From an uncultured Acidobacteriota bacterium (GTDB lineage: Bacteria > Acidobacteriota > Terriglobia > Acidiferrales > UBA7541), in NCBI GenBank assembly GCA_963757905.1, contig CAVWSV010000016.1:47808-111807 (forward strand): a stretch of DNA of 64,000 nucleotides. The letters run 5' to 3'. The notes below the pieces were generated by a model. The model searched no databases. It saw nothing but the letters and a program-made list of their open reading frames with translations, and was not told the origin of the DNA. The translations under genes and the position numbers were made by a program. This document shows, piece after piece, positions 39,181-47,560 of this stretch. The first letter of the stretch is position 1, and each line of letters starts with the position of its first letter.

Positions 39181-39310
39181 GTCGGCCTCTTCCTTTCCAT
39201 GACGCTCAGCAATGACTCATCAGAGCGACCACTCCGGACGCCACCGCCAAATCCGTGCATCGCCTCGGCAAACCGCGAACAGCACCTCTCCTACGCGATC
39301 TTGCAACCGG

Positions 39311-39994
39311 TCACTGTTTGGTCATCCCCACGTCGAGATGCTCCTTGTCCAGAGTTCCGTCATGTTGTTCGAACGCCTCGTCGAGTGAAAACTTGACGAC
39401 GCAGCCTTCCTTGTCAGCCCAGGCAGTTCCGGTGATGTAGCCCTTTGCACCCACAGCATACCGAAGCGCGACAGCATCCGCAGCGGACGCGTGCGAAGTG
39501 TCAATCGTGTACTTCGTGGTGTCGTAGCCATTCACGGTCTCGCGTCCTGCGGGAGCAATCGCAGAGGTACCGTAGAGAAGGCGGAAATGGCCCGACTGGG
39601 AACTAAGAGGAAAGGTCGCAACCGCGGCGCCCCAGCTTGACTGATCCGTGCGAACTCCGTGAATTTTCCTCGTGCCCGAGCTGTTCGTCCACGTACCGTC
39701 AATGGTGTTCGCCGTGATATCGGCCTCCCAGTCAGAGTGGCCGCTCGAGTCGTCCAATTTCCAGGACAGATGAAACGGAGCGGGAGCCTGCATGACGCGG
39801 CTGGCGTAACACGCGAGAGTGGGACGAGGCGCTGCGTTGCTTTGAGACGGACTCCCACTGGCTTGAGACGGGCTTGCGCTGCTTTCCTGGCCCTTTGAAG
39901 CAGGACCGGAGCTGCATCCCGAAGCGACGAGAAACAGCAGGCCCGTCGCCGCCAATGCGAGCAGCCGCGGGACGCGAACTATTTTTCGGCTCAT
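39311..39994 (-). CDS. Uncharacterised lipoprotein, paralog family A (copy 2)
   Basis: Lipobox LVASGC. Family motifs: PFHLSW, DWEADITANTIDGT, SSGTRKIHGVRTD, VNGYDTTKYTIDTS and GTAWADKEGCVVKFSLD. Confidence 0.65.
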   Translation of the reverse strand: MSRKIVRVPRLLALAATGLLFLVASGCSSGPASKGQESSASPSQASGSPSQSNAAPRPTLACYASRVMQAPAPFHLSWKLDDSSGHSDWEADITANTIDGTWTNSSGTRKIHGVRTDQSSWGAAVATFPLSSQSGHFRLLYGTSAIAPAGRETVNGYDTTKYTIDTSHASAADAVALRYAVGAKGYITGTAWADKEGCVVKFSLDEAFEQHDGTLDKEHLDVGMTKQ

Positions 39995-40101
39995 GTGATT
40001 CTCCGTTTAGACACTGACACAGATAAGTGCGTGCGTTGACGTCGCTGACCGACGCCGTGCGGAAAGTTGTCACACAGCGTCGGCGACGCTCATTCGTCTT
40101 T

Positions 40102-40659
40102 TCAGTTCATGCCGGCCGGGCAGCTTGCGCCGATCCAGTTGCTGGTGTAATCCGCATGCATATGCACTGATCCGCTGTCACCAAAAGGAGTGTTGCCGCT
40201 GAACGTCACATCCATCGATCCTGTCAGGTGGCCCGAGTCCACCATGTGGAACTTGCCGTGTCCCCCGGCCGTCATGCCATTGCTCACGTCGCACCCTGTG
40301 GCTTGCACGTCCACGTCGGTGCCGGTGGATTTCAGCACAGTCATGGAGGAACACTTGTATCCAGACAACCCTTTGGCCCACTGATTTTTGGACAACTGCT
40401 CCGGCTTGACGCAACTCTTGTACGTATGGGGAGTGGGATTTATCGCTGCCGCCATTTGTGGCGGAAGTCCGCTGTACTTCCCGGTCATAGTCGTTTGCCA
40501 AACGCCGGTCTTCATGTTCAGCGGCGTGAGCTGCGCGCTTGCCGCCTTCGCCGCGTCTGTCGTGGGCTTTCTCGACTGCGATTGCGCCACAAGCACCGTG
40601 GTCGCAAAAGCCAGCGAAGCCGCCAGACAAATCACCGCCACTCCAATTGCTTTCCTCAT
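40102..40659 (-). CDS. Exported DUF3617-like protein
   Basis: ATG 40659 follows GAGGAGG. A signal peptide is present. GVWQTTMTG..., spaced cysteines (SCVKPEQL, YKCSSMTV, ATGCDV) and the size fit DUF3617. The assignment is tentative. Confidence 0.5.
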   Translation of the reverse strand: MRKAIGVAVICLAASLAFATTVLVAQSQSRKPTTDAAKAASAQLTPLNMKTGVWQTTMTGKYSGLPPQMAAAINPTPHTYKSCVKPEQLSKNQWAKGLSGYKCSSMTVLKSTGTDVDVQATGCDVSNGMTAGGHGKFHMVDSGHLTGSMDVTFSGNTPFGDSGSVHMHADYTSNWIGASCPAGMN

Positions 40660-40722
40660 TTCACTCCTCCTCAAAAGTTTTGAATCCGGCTTGAAATTCG
40701 TGGCCCGTACTGCGCAATGACT

Positions 40723-41202
40723 TCAAATCCGCGCCGCGATGGAGGCGGCCAAGTCTTTGGCCTGCTTTTCATTCGCGGGATCGATTGAGATGTAGTAACG
40801 AACTTTGCCTTTCAGCACATGAATCGCATGGCTGTTATCCATGTAGGCGGCGTCTCCTATTGCAGGCTTCGATTTGGCCGGGAACCACATGGACAACTTA
40901 TCGAAGGTCTGCTTCGCCGCCGCGGCTGTTTGCTCGATGTAAACGATGAAAGTAACCTTTGTGTTCGGTCCTTTTTGCGAATCATACTGGCACTGCGTGC
41001 CCCACGGCTGTTTGCCGTATGCCGGCGGCCATTTGCTCTCCGCGGGTGCGCCGAACGGCTGCCCGAGGACTTTCTGAATCTGCGCCGGAGTGAGCAGGGA
41101 GCAGCCATCCGCTGGCGGCGCAGCGTAGGCCGCTTGCGAACTGTACATCGTGAAAACAAGAAACGTCCCCAAAACTACTGCTACTTTAGATTTCCAATTC
41201 AT
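40723..41202 (-). CDS. Small exported protein, paralog family B (intact copy)
   Basis: Signal peptide MNWKSKVAVVLGTFLVFTMYSSQAAYA, then AAPPADGCSLLTPAQIQKVLG, shared with the two decayed copies downstream. Confidence 0.6.
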   Translation of the reverse strand: MNWKSKVAVVLGTFLVFTMYSSQAAYAAPPADGCSLLTPAQIQKVLGQPFGAPAESKWPPAYGKQPWGTQCQYDSQKGPNTKVTFIVYIEQTAAAAKQTFDKLSMWFPAKSKPAIGDAAYMDNSHAIHVLKGKVRYYISIDPANEKQAKDLAASIAARI

Positions 41203-41262
41203 ATCGTTATCCTCCTTGAGTTTGGTCTTCGGTTCGTAGCCGTCATTGAGTGGTCGAGCGCG

Positions 41263-41762
41263 TCACAGCTTCGCGAGAACATCCCGCGCCAGCGTCTTTT
41301 CCTTCGTCTTAACTTGGTCAACGGAAAAAGTGCGGCTGCGGTGCACGCGAATGCCAAACACGACACTTCCCTTCTTGACGCGGATCTCCATGTATTGGGG
41401 GCCCGAGGCCATGGCCAGGTAGTATGCGTCGTCGCCAAGACCGCTAACGGGCGTCATGGAAGTTGGTGCGTTTGCGGTCTTGGCCACGGTCTTGGCCGGG
41501 GTGTAGCCCTGCTGGTCGAGGATGACGAGATCGACTCTCCGCAGCGCCGAGCCTGGCTTGGCGCCAGGTCTGAGACCACATGCACGCCTTTGGACCAAGA
41601 TTCCTGCGCGCTAACCGGGACGCCCAGCGCGGCGCTCACCTGCGCTGGTGTGAGCAGTGAACACGCATCCGTTGGCGGCGCTGCGTAGGCCGGTTGCGTA
41701 CTACACATCGCGAAGATAAAAATTGCCGCAAAGATCGTTGCAACTGTAGCTTTCGAGTTCAT
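41263..41762 (-). pseudogene. Family B paralog, frameshifted
   Basis: The N-terminal part (MNSKATVATIF...AAPPTDACSLLTPAQVSAALG) lies in track ORF 41454..41762. The C-terminal part (...GDDAYYLAMASGPQYMEIRVKKG...VKTKEKTLARDVLAKL) lies in 41263..41598 in another frame. The 500-nt span is not a multiple of 3. Confidence 0.7.
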
Positions 41763-41829
41763 ATCGCCATCCTCCTCAAATTTAGTGTTCGTTTCGTGAC
41801 GATCGCTGAATCGCTAGCCATACAACGGG

Positions 41830-42306
41830 TCACAGCTTCGCCAGAATATCCCGCGCCAGCGTCTTTTCCTTCGTCTTTGACCTGTTCCGGCGGGAAGCCT
41901 AGGACACGGACGTTGAACGCAAAGTTTCCTTTTTTGACGCTGAGGACCAGTGCCGAACCCGGGCGTGGTCATGTACCGGGCCTCATCGCCGATCGCCTGC
42001 GGCAGCTTCTACCTTGATGCCCGGGAAGCGGTGTCTTTTGGCGCTGAGCGAACATGACTCACGGTGATAATTGCGACCACGCACTGCGTTTTGCGGCGCC
42101 CGACCGCCATAGCGGCACAACGTCGGAGCTCGGCGGGCAAAAGCGATGCGTGCGCCGCGCCGACCGAAGTACCCACGACGGCACTAACCTGTGCAGACGT
42201 TAGAAGCGCGCACGCATTGGTTGGCGGCGCGCCATACGTCGTGCGCGAGGCTCGCTAGCGCGAACCCGAAGAAACCTGCAAACATCATCGTCAGTTTAGA
42301 TCTCAT
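41830..42306 (-). pseudogene. Family B paralog, heavily decayed
   Basis: Own translation: MRSKLTMMFAGFFGFALASLA..., then homology hops frames (...APPTNACALLTSAQVSAVVG..., ...AIGDEARYM..., ...KTKEKTLARDILAKL-stop) with internal stops. The 3' ~45 nt are nearly identical to copy 2. Confidence 0.6.
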
Positions 42307-42336
42307 TTCATGTTTCCTCCTTTCAACACTCGCTGC

Positions 42337-42650
42337 TTATTTCGCCAGCGCGACTTCGACGCGGCGATTCAAGATCTTCCGTTCGCCGTCGCGTTGTCCG
42401 CCACGGGCCGCTCGCGCCGAAGCCCTCCGGACTCGAGCCGGTTTGCCACCACGCCGTGTGTGTGAGCCATGCGACGACAGAGGCGGCACGTGCTTTGGAA
42501 AGCGGGATGTTGAGTCTGTCGGAGCCCTGATTGTCGGTGTGGCCTGAGATGATCCAGCGCGAGCCCGCATGGTTTTTATCAGACCAAGCACGGCGTTCAA
42601 CGCCGGCAAGCTGTCGCCGCGAGCTTCGACGAATCGGTGTCGAAATGAAT
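42337..42650 (-). pseudogene. OmpA-like peptidoglycan-binding domain remnant (C-terminus of the 42597..44573 gene) broken by four 1-nt deletions
   Basis: Own three-frame reading: IYGIHFDTDSSKL / GDSLPALNAVLGLIK / NHAGSRWIISGHTDNQGSDRLNIPLSKARAASVVAWL...GFGAS / PVADNATANGR / LNRRVEVALAK-stop. The frame order 0>2>1>0>2 means one missing nt at each junction. Confidence 0.75.
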
Positions 42651-44573
42651 CCCGTAGATTGTGGCGGATCCGGTTTGCGCGATGGATTGCTCGAGTGCCG
42701 CGGTGCTTTCCTGATGACGATGCAGCTGGATCTCAGCGTTTCCCGCCTGCCCCGCCACTAAATCCACCGGCACGGAATTTTCGTCGTATCCCGGCGCACT
42801 CGCAGTTGCAACCACAAGACCCGCGGGAAGTCCTTTCAGCTGGCATTTGCCTTGGCGGTCCGCGGCAGCAGATGTAAGACCGGCACTGACCGTCGCACCG
42901 ACAATAGGTTTGTGGGTGTCTGCATCGGTTACCGTTGCGGTGAGCGACACCTCGTATTTGAACTTGTGCGGATTCACCAAAATGCGCACAAAGTCAATCG
43001 CATAGCCGTCGGGGACATGAGTGGTCGGATCGTCAATCAACAGATTTGCTGTACCGGATTTCAGCAGCGGCCAATACTCCGGCAGGAGCCGGAGAGTCAG
43101 CAGTTTACCGATCGGCCCGCTCTGGTCCAGCGAATTTATCGCGTACTCGAAACTCGGGATTCGCGTGCCATTCAGGCTCACTTGGAAGTGCGAGTGCATC
43201 GGACGTGGTTGAAAGTCATCCACAAAGATCTGGAAAACCACGGCGTCGATTCTGGCGGGCAGGGCACCGACTGACATCGCAACTGGAACTGGAACTGTAA
43301 GCTCGCGTTCTCGTGTGCACTTGGGAGCCCAGTACCGTGTCATTTCTTGCTGGCCTTCTTCTTTGGACGCGATAACTATCGGTGCGTGCGCATCTTCGAG
43401 TTGCGTTTCGAAATTGCGTATCAGGAAGCAATCTCCGAGCGAGCCGCTATATCCGTCGCTTGGCAGTCCCTGCTTCACAATCAAGGCGACGACGATACGG
43501 TCCGCTTGGCCTGCGACGTGTTGTATGCTCATGTGTACAGGCATAACACCTGTGCCCAGCATGATGCGATCTGTTCCCGGCGGCGCGTTCGGTGGGATGT
43601 GATCGATATTTGGCCATGGATGACCCGGCGTTGATTGTCCAGAAAATGGATCGAATCCTTTCGGCCAGCCGAATCCGAGATTGTTAATATCTCCGGTCCG
43701 TACCACAAGATCCGCCTCTGGGCCGCCCACGGTTCGTTCATATTCCAGCGGCCAGTCATGCGCTGGATTTCCCGTACCGGCGACCGGCACGATAGGAACG
43801 GGCTTGGGAAGCGGCGGCGGGATCAGCGCGGCGTCGGCGGCTGCCGAAGCAGCTGCTATGGCAGCCGGAGAGCCGGGAGCTGGAGCAGAGGCAGAAGAAG
43901 AGGAAGTGCGGGTAGAAGTAGAACCCGACGCAGCGCCGGCGATCCCGGGAATCGCATTCAGCGGATTCGTCCCGCCCTGTTTCTGCGCATTTTGCGCGAT
44001 GGCGTTTGCGGCGTTTGCCAGTTCGCTGATGCTCTTGTTGACGTCCGCCGGCGTTTGTTTCTTCGCGTTTTGTCCTGCAGCGTTCGCCTTTGCAGCCAGG
44101 TCCGCAAGATTTTTCTCGAAGTCGGATGCTGCCTCGGCAGCAGCGGCCTTCTCCTTCGCGCGATGCGCTGCGTGGATGAAGCCGGCGATTGCCACGACCA
44201 ATATCAACACCAGCACGATGGCGCCGCCAATGATCGCTCCTTTCGGAATTCCCGCCGCGGATTTCGCAGAGGAAGCAGCAGCGTGAGATCCAACTCCACT
44301 TGTGGCCACACTGCTGGGAGTCGCGGCCGCAGCTTTTTCCGCAGACGCTGTACTGCTTGTTACCGCGGGTGCCGCGCTGCTTGAAACAGCACCCGCGGGT
44401 GCTCCGCATTTCGTGCAGAACTTTGTGTCGCCCAGAAGAGGCGCGCCACACTTCGTGCAAAAGTGTTTTGGCGCAACGGGCGCGGCCGTATCATTTCGCG
44501 GCGCGCCGCACTTCGTGCAAAACACATCGCGCTCGGTCAGCGCCGCGCCACATTGATTGCACGTAGTTGCCAT
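42597..44573 (-). CDS. Zinc-ribbon (x3-4), TM, low-complexity linker, unknown domain, carboxypeptidase-regulatory-like domain protein (OmpA-like end truncated)
   Basis: MATTCNQCGAAL..FCTKCGAP..FCTKCGAP..FCTKCGAP, then a TM helix (GAIIGGAIVLVLILVVAIAGFI) and an Ala/Ser-rich linker. The CarboxypepD_reg-like stretch is VSLTATVTDADTHKPIVGATVSA...APGYDENSV. The ORF ends 13 aa into an OmpA-like domain. Confidence 0.75.
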   Translation of the reverse strand: MATTCNQCGAALTERDVFCTKCGAPRNDTAAPVAPKHFCTKCGAPLLGDTKFCTKCGAPAGAVSSSAAPAVTSSTASAEKAAAATPSSVATSGVGSHAAASSAKSAAGIPKGAIIGGAIVLVLILVVAIAGFIHAAHRAKEKAAAAEAASDFEKNLADLAAKANAAGQNAKKQTPADVNKSISELANAANAIAQNAQKQGGTNPLNAIPGIAGAASGSTSTRTSSSSASAPAPGSPAAIAAASAAADAALIPPPLPKPVPIVPVAGTGNPAHDWPLEYERTVGGPEADLVVRTGDINNLGFGWPKGFDPFSGQSTPGHPWPNIDHIPPNAPPGTDRIMLGTGVMPVHMSIQHVAGQADRIVVALIVKQGLPSDGYSGSLGDCFLIRNFETQLEDAHAPIVIASKEEGQQEMTRYWAPKCTRERELTVPVPVAMSVGALPARIDAVVFQIFVDDFQPRPMHSHFQVSLNGTRIPSFEYAINSLDQSGPIGKLLTLRLLPEYWPLLKSGTANLLIDDPTTHVPDGYAIDFVRILVNPHKFKYEVSLTATVTDADTHKPIVGATVSAGLTSAAADRQGKCQLKGLPAGLVVATASAPGYDENSVPVDLVAGQAGNAEIQLHRHQESTAALEQSIAQTGSATIYGIHFDTDSSKLAATACRR

Positions 44574-44642
44574 CTCAACCTCCCCTCACCGATGCATCGT
44601 AAGCGAGCCGCTCATTCTCCAACTTGCCAGCCGTTCTCCATC

Positions 44643-45308
44643 TCATTTCTTGATTCGGGCTATTTCGAAGTGCCGCTTCTCCACGCGACTGTCGATCGGC
44701 CATCCTTCATCCAGAACGAGCTTCACCGCACAGCCGTCCTGCCCCATCCAGACCGTTCCCTTGTCATAACTCCCCGCGCCGAAGAGCGTCTCGATCGTCT
44801 GCCGGTCTGAGGAGTTGGCGCTCGTGGTATCAATGGAATACTTCGTTGTCTGGTAGCCGTTCACCGCCTCGGCGCCGCGGCTCACAATCGCGGACATGCC
44901 TTCCAGGCCGGCAAGCCTCCCAGTCATCCCGGTGAACGCGAGGCTGGACAGGCTCAGCAGCGCGTTGTTCCAACTGTGCTCGTCCGAGCGGACAGCATGG
45001 AGCGACCGCGATCCGGACGTATCCTTGAACACGATATCCATGGCTTCTGGCGTGACATCCGCCTCGTCATCCAGCGAACGGGACGCATCCGAGTACTTAT
45101 AGGAATAGTGGAAGGATTCTGTCGGCTTCTCAACGTGGCCCAGCATGCATCCCACATCAATGTGAGCGCCCGAGCTGTCCGCATCCTGGGCATTCGCGGT
45201 GTCCGATTTTGGGCCGGAAGTGCATCCACACACGGCGAGGAGGGCGAGCGCAGCGACGCCCGCAAGAACACCCCGCGAGAAATATCTGTGATTTGCCTGC
45301 AATGTCAT
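44643..45308 (-). CDS. Uncharacterised lipoprotein, paralog family A (copy 3)
   Basis: ATG 45308 follows GAGGGG (the track ORF starts at an upstream GTG). Lipobox LAVCGC. Family motifs: SFHYSY, EADVTPEAMD, TSGSRSLHAVRSD, VNGYQTTKYSIDTT and GTVWMGQDGCAVKLVLD. Confidence 0.65.
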   Translation of the reverse strand: MTLQANHRYFSRGVLAGVAALALLAVCGCTSGPKSDTANAQDADSSGAHIDVGCMLGHVEKPTESFHYSYKYSDASRSLDDEADVTPEAMDIVFKDTSGSRSLHAVRSDEHSWNNALLSLSSLAFTGMTGRLAGLEGMSAIVSRGAEAVNGYQTTKYSIDTTSANSSDRQTIETLFGAGSYDKGTVWMGQDGCAVKLVLDEGWPIDSRVEKRHFEIARIKK

Positions 45309-45384
45309 CTCACTTCCCCTCTCATGTTCCGCGGTTCGCTGCGGCACTGATTTCTACCGTCAGCGTTTCCGTTTTCCCGGCCCA

Positions 45385-47463
45385 TTACTTCTTGGGCATG
45401 CATCCCTGAATAGACGGGATTGCCGATACTCCCGACTTCTTGAAGACCTCGACGCCTTTGTCCGGCGGTATCGAACCGCTAATCGAGCCGAGCATGTCTT
45501 TGTCTATGCCTGCTTGAACTAAGTAGTTCTGGTAATACTGCTGGCACGGAACCGGACTGAAGAGGCCTGCGCCCATTAGGCCCTGGCCGGCGTAAGCCAC
45601 TGAGGCGACCCATTGGACATAAGCCGCGCGCGGGAGCTTAAAATAATCGTCCGGCTGAGGGTATTTGACGTCGTGCTTGATCTTTACGTCTAACTGGCCT
45701 TCGAGGCCATCCGCCAAGTCCGCTCCTTTCATGTTCAACGCGCTGGGGAGACGGTTCGCCAGGGCCCAAAGGAAGCTATCTTTGCTGAACGTCATCACGA
45801 ATTTTGGCGCATTGATGGCCGCTACCACGCCGTGCGCTGCCTTCGCGGATGAGGTCGTGCTCGATATATCAGGTGTTACGTCGAGAGAATTGTTCACTGC
45901 CGAGGAGCCGTCTATGCCTCCTTCACCTTTGTAAGTAATCTGGAAATGACCCTTCGCGGCGGCCTTCTCTCCAAAACCGGGCTTAAAAATCAGGTTGGCG
46001 TAGATCTGGAAGAGGAAAGGAATGTCATCCGTCTTATCGTCCACTAGGCCGGAATACAAGGGTGCCATTCTGAGGCGCGATTCTCCAATGCCTTGGCCGG
46101 CAGCAGTGGTCTGGGCCATCCAGTCCACGTCCAGGGTGCCGTCAGTCGGAACGGTGAAAGTGGCCTGCTGCAGCTTGTCGCTGTGGATCACGACCAGAAA
46201 GTTGTAACCGCCATTCACCTGACCCTTGCCGCTAACGCTGGCCGATAGCCCATTGTTTTCTTTGAACGCGGTGAAGGAATAACTCGTCGCCGTGCCGCTC
46301 GTTGTGTATTTCCATGGCTGTTCCCCGGGGCTCTGCTCGTGATAGGGCTCGGCGGTATCCGCCCAGGAATTGCCAGGACTGTTCGAGCCACCGGGCTCCG
46401 AGGCGGTCTGTGGCGGTTCCTTAAGTATCTGTAGTGTCCCGTCGTTTATAAAATCCGTGAGCGAGGCGGAACTCACACCCACCGCAACCTCGGGTGAAGG
46501 AGTTTTTATCTTTTTGACCGCTCCAACCTTGAGCACGCCGAGTTTCTTGATGTACATGACGTCTCCTGCGGCCAAGCTGTTAGCGCAGACGGAGCCTTTG
46601 AGGACAACCACCTGCGCATCGTGGCTTACGCCTACTATCGCGTACGGATCGATTCGAATCGTGTTGCTCGTATATCTGGATGGTTGCCCGTTGTTCTTGC
46701 CCACCGTGACTGGGGCGCTCACGGAGGCTCCCTCCCACGTCGCCGTAATCTTTCCCGCAACGGGAGAAGAAGAAGGAGACATTGAGCACGGAGATATTGT
46801 CGGCGCTGTTGCAGTGAAACTCCCCGGTCCTCCCAGAACTTTTACGCTGGCCGGCACTTTCATGCCGCTGGCGCCCAGAAGGATCGTGGCTCCTTTCGTC
46901 GGTACGTGGCTCAACGTTACCGCCCACGTCGAGGAACTTCCCCAGTCCATCGGGCCCGTTGGCGTCTGAGAGAAGTACACAGTTACGGGATTCACCAGAA
47001 ACGAGGTATTCCCGGAAACGGAGGACCCGCCCAACTGTGCAATGATTTTGACTTGTTTGGACGTCTTGACATTGATCGTGGCCACGGTGAACTTTGCTGA
47101 AGTGGCTCCCGCGAGCACTTTTGCGCAGCTCGGCATGCTTGCAGGAACACTGCTTTTTGAGCGAGCGGGTTGCCCGCACGGTGCCATGATGAGAGTCTTG
47201 CCAAATCCGAAATGCACGGTCAGACCGCCGGTTGGCGCTGGCTGGCTCAGTTTTACTTTTCCTTTGTTCGAGCTTCCTCCCCACACGCCCGGCTGGCTCA
47301 TCGTCACAGTAATTGTTACCGTGCCGGCTCCGGCGCCGCTAACGCTGCTGCTTCGCCCCACTGGAGCGCAAGGCGCACTGTGCGCTGTCAGCAGTGCAAG
47401 AGCTGCTGCAACCACGCAGCGCAACATGCCCAACGACCAACGTTCAATCTTCAGGTGGCGCAT
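45385..47463 (-). CDS. Large exported protein of unknown function (692 aa)
   Basis: GGAGG lies 7 nt upstream of the ATG. Signal peptide (MLRCVVAAALALLTAHSAPCAP). The N-terminal third has repeated Ser/Thr/Gly-rich beta-like segments. I recognise no domain in the C-terminal half. Confidence 0.7.
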   Translation of the reverse strand: MRHLKIERWSLGMLRCVVAAALALLTAHSAPCAPVGRSSSVSGAGAGTVTITVTMSQPGVWGGSSNKGKVKLSQPAPTGGLTVHFGFGKTLIMAPCGQPARSKSSVPASMPSCAKVLAGATSAKFTVATINVKTSKQVKIIAQLGGSSVSGNTSFLVNPVTVYFSQTPTGPMDWGSSSTWAVTLSHVPTKGATILLGASGMKVPASVKVLGGPGSFTATAPTISPCSMSPSSSPVAGKITATWEGASVSAPVTVGKNNGQPSRYTSNTIRIDPYAIVGVSHDAQVVVLKGSVCANSLAAGDVMYIKKLGVLKVGAVKKIKTPSPEVAVGVSSASLTDFINDGTLQILKEPPQTASEPGGSNSPGNSWADTAEPYHEQSPGEQPWKYTTSGTATSYSFTAFKENNGLSASVSGKGQVNGGYNFLVVIHSDKLQQATFTVPTDGTLDVDWMAQTTAAGQGIGESRLRMAPLYSGLVDDKTDDIPFLFQIYANLIFKPGFGEKAAAKGHFQITYKGEGGIDGSSAVNNSLDVTPDISSTTSSAKAAHGVVAAINAPKFVMTFSKDSFLWALANRLPSALNMKGADLADGLEGQLDVKIKHDVKYPQPDDYFKLPRAAYVQWVASVAYAGQGLMGAGLFSPVPCQQYYQNYLVQAGIDKDMLGSISGSIPPDKGVEVFKKSGVSAIPSIQGCMPKK

Positions 47464-47560
47464 AATCCAACCTCCGTTTTCCTTTTTGCACTGCGGAATT
47501 TTCTTCTCCGCGTGCTCAACAATTTCTGCGAACCAAAAGTGACCGTCGCGCCTGCAAAAC

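Noticed and set aside
43635-44384. 249-aa and 201-aa plus-strand ORFs, and the 234-aa minus-strand ORF 43756..44460
   Set aside because: All overlap the low-complexity Ala/Ser linker region of 42597..44573. Repetitive GC-rich DNA keeps several frames open. Only the annotated frame has an RBS, zinc ribbons and a TM helix.
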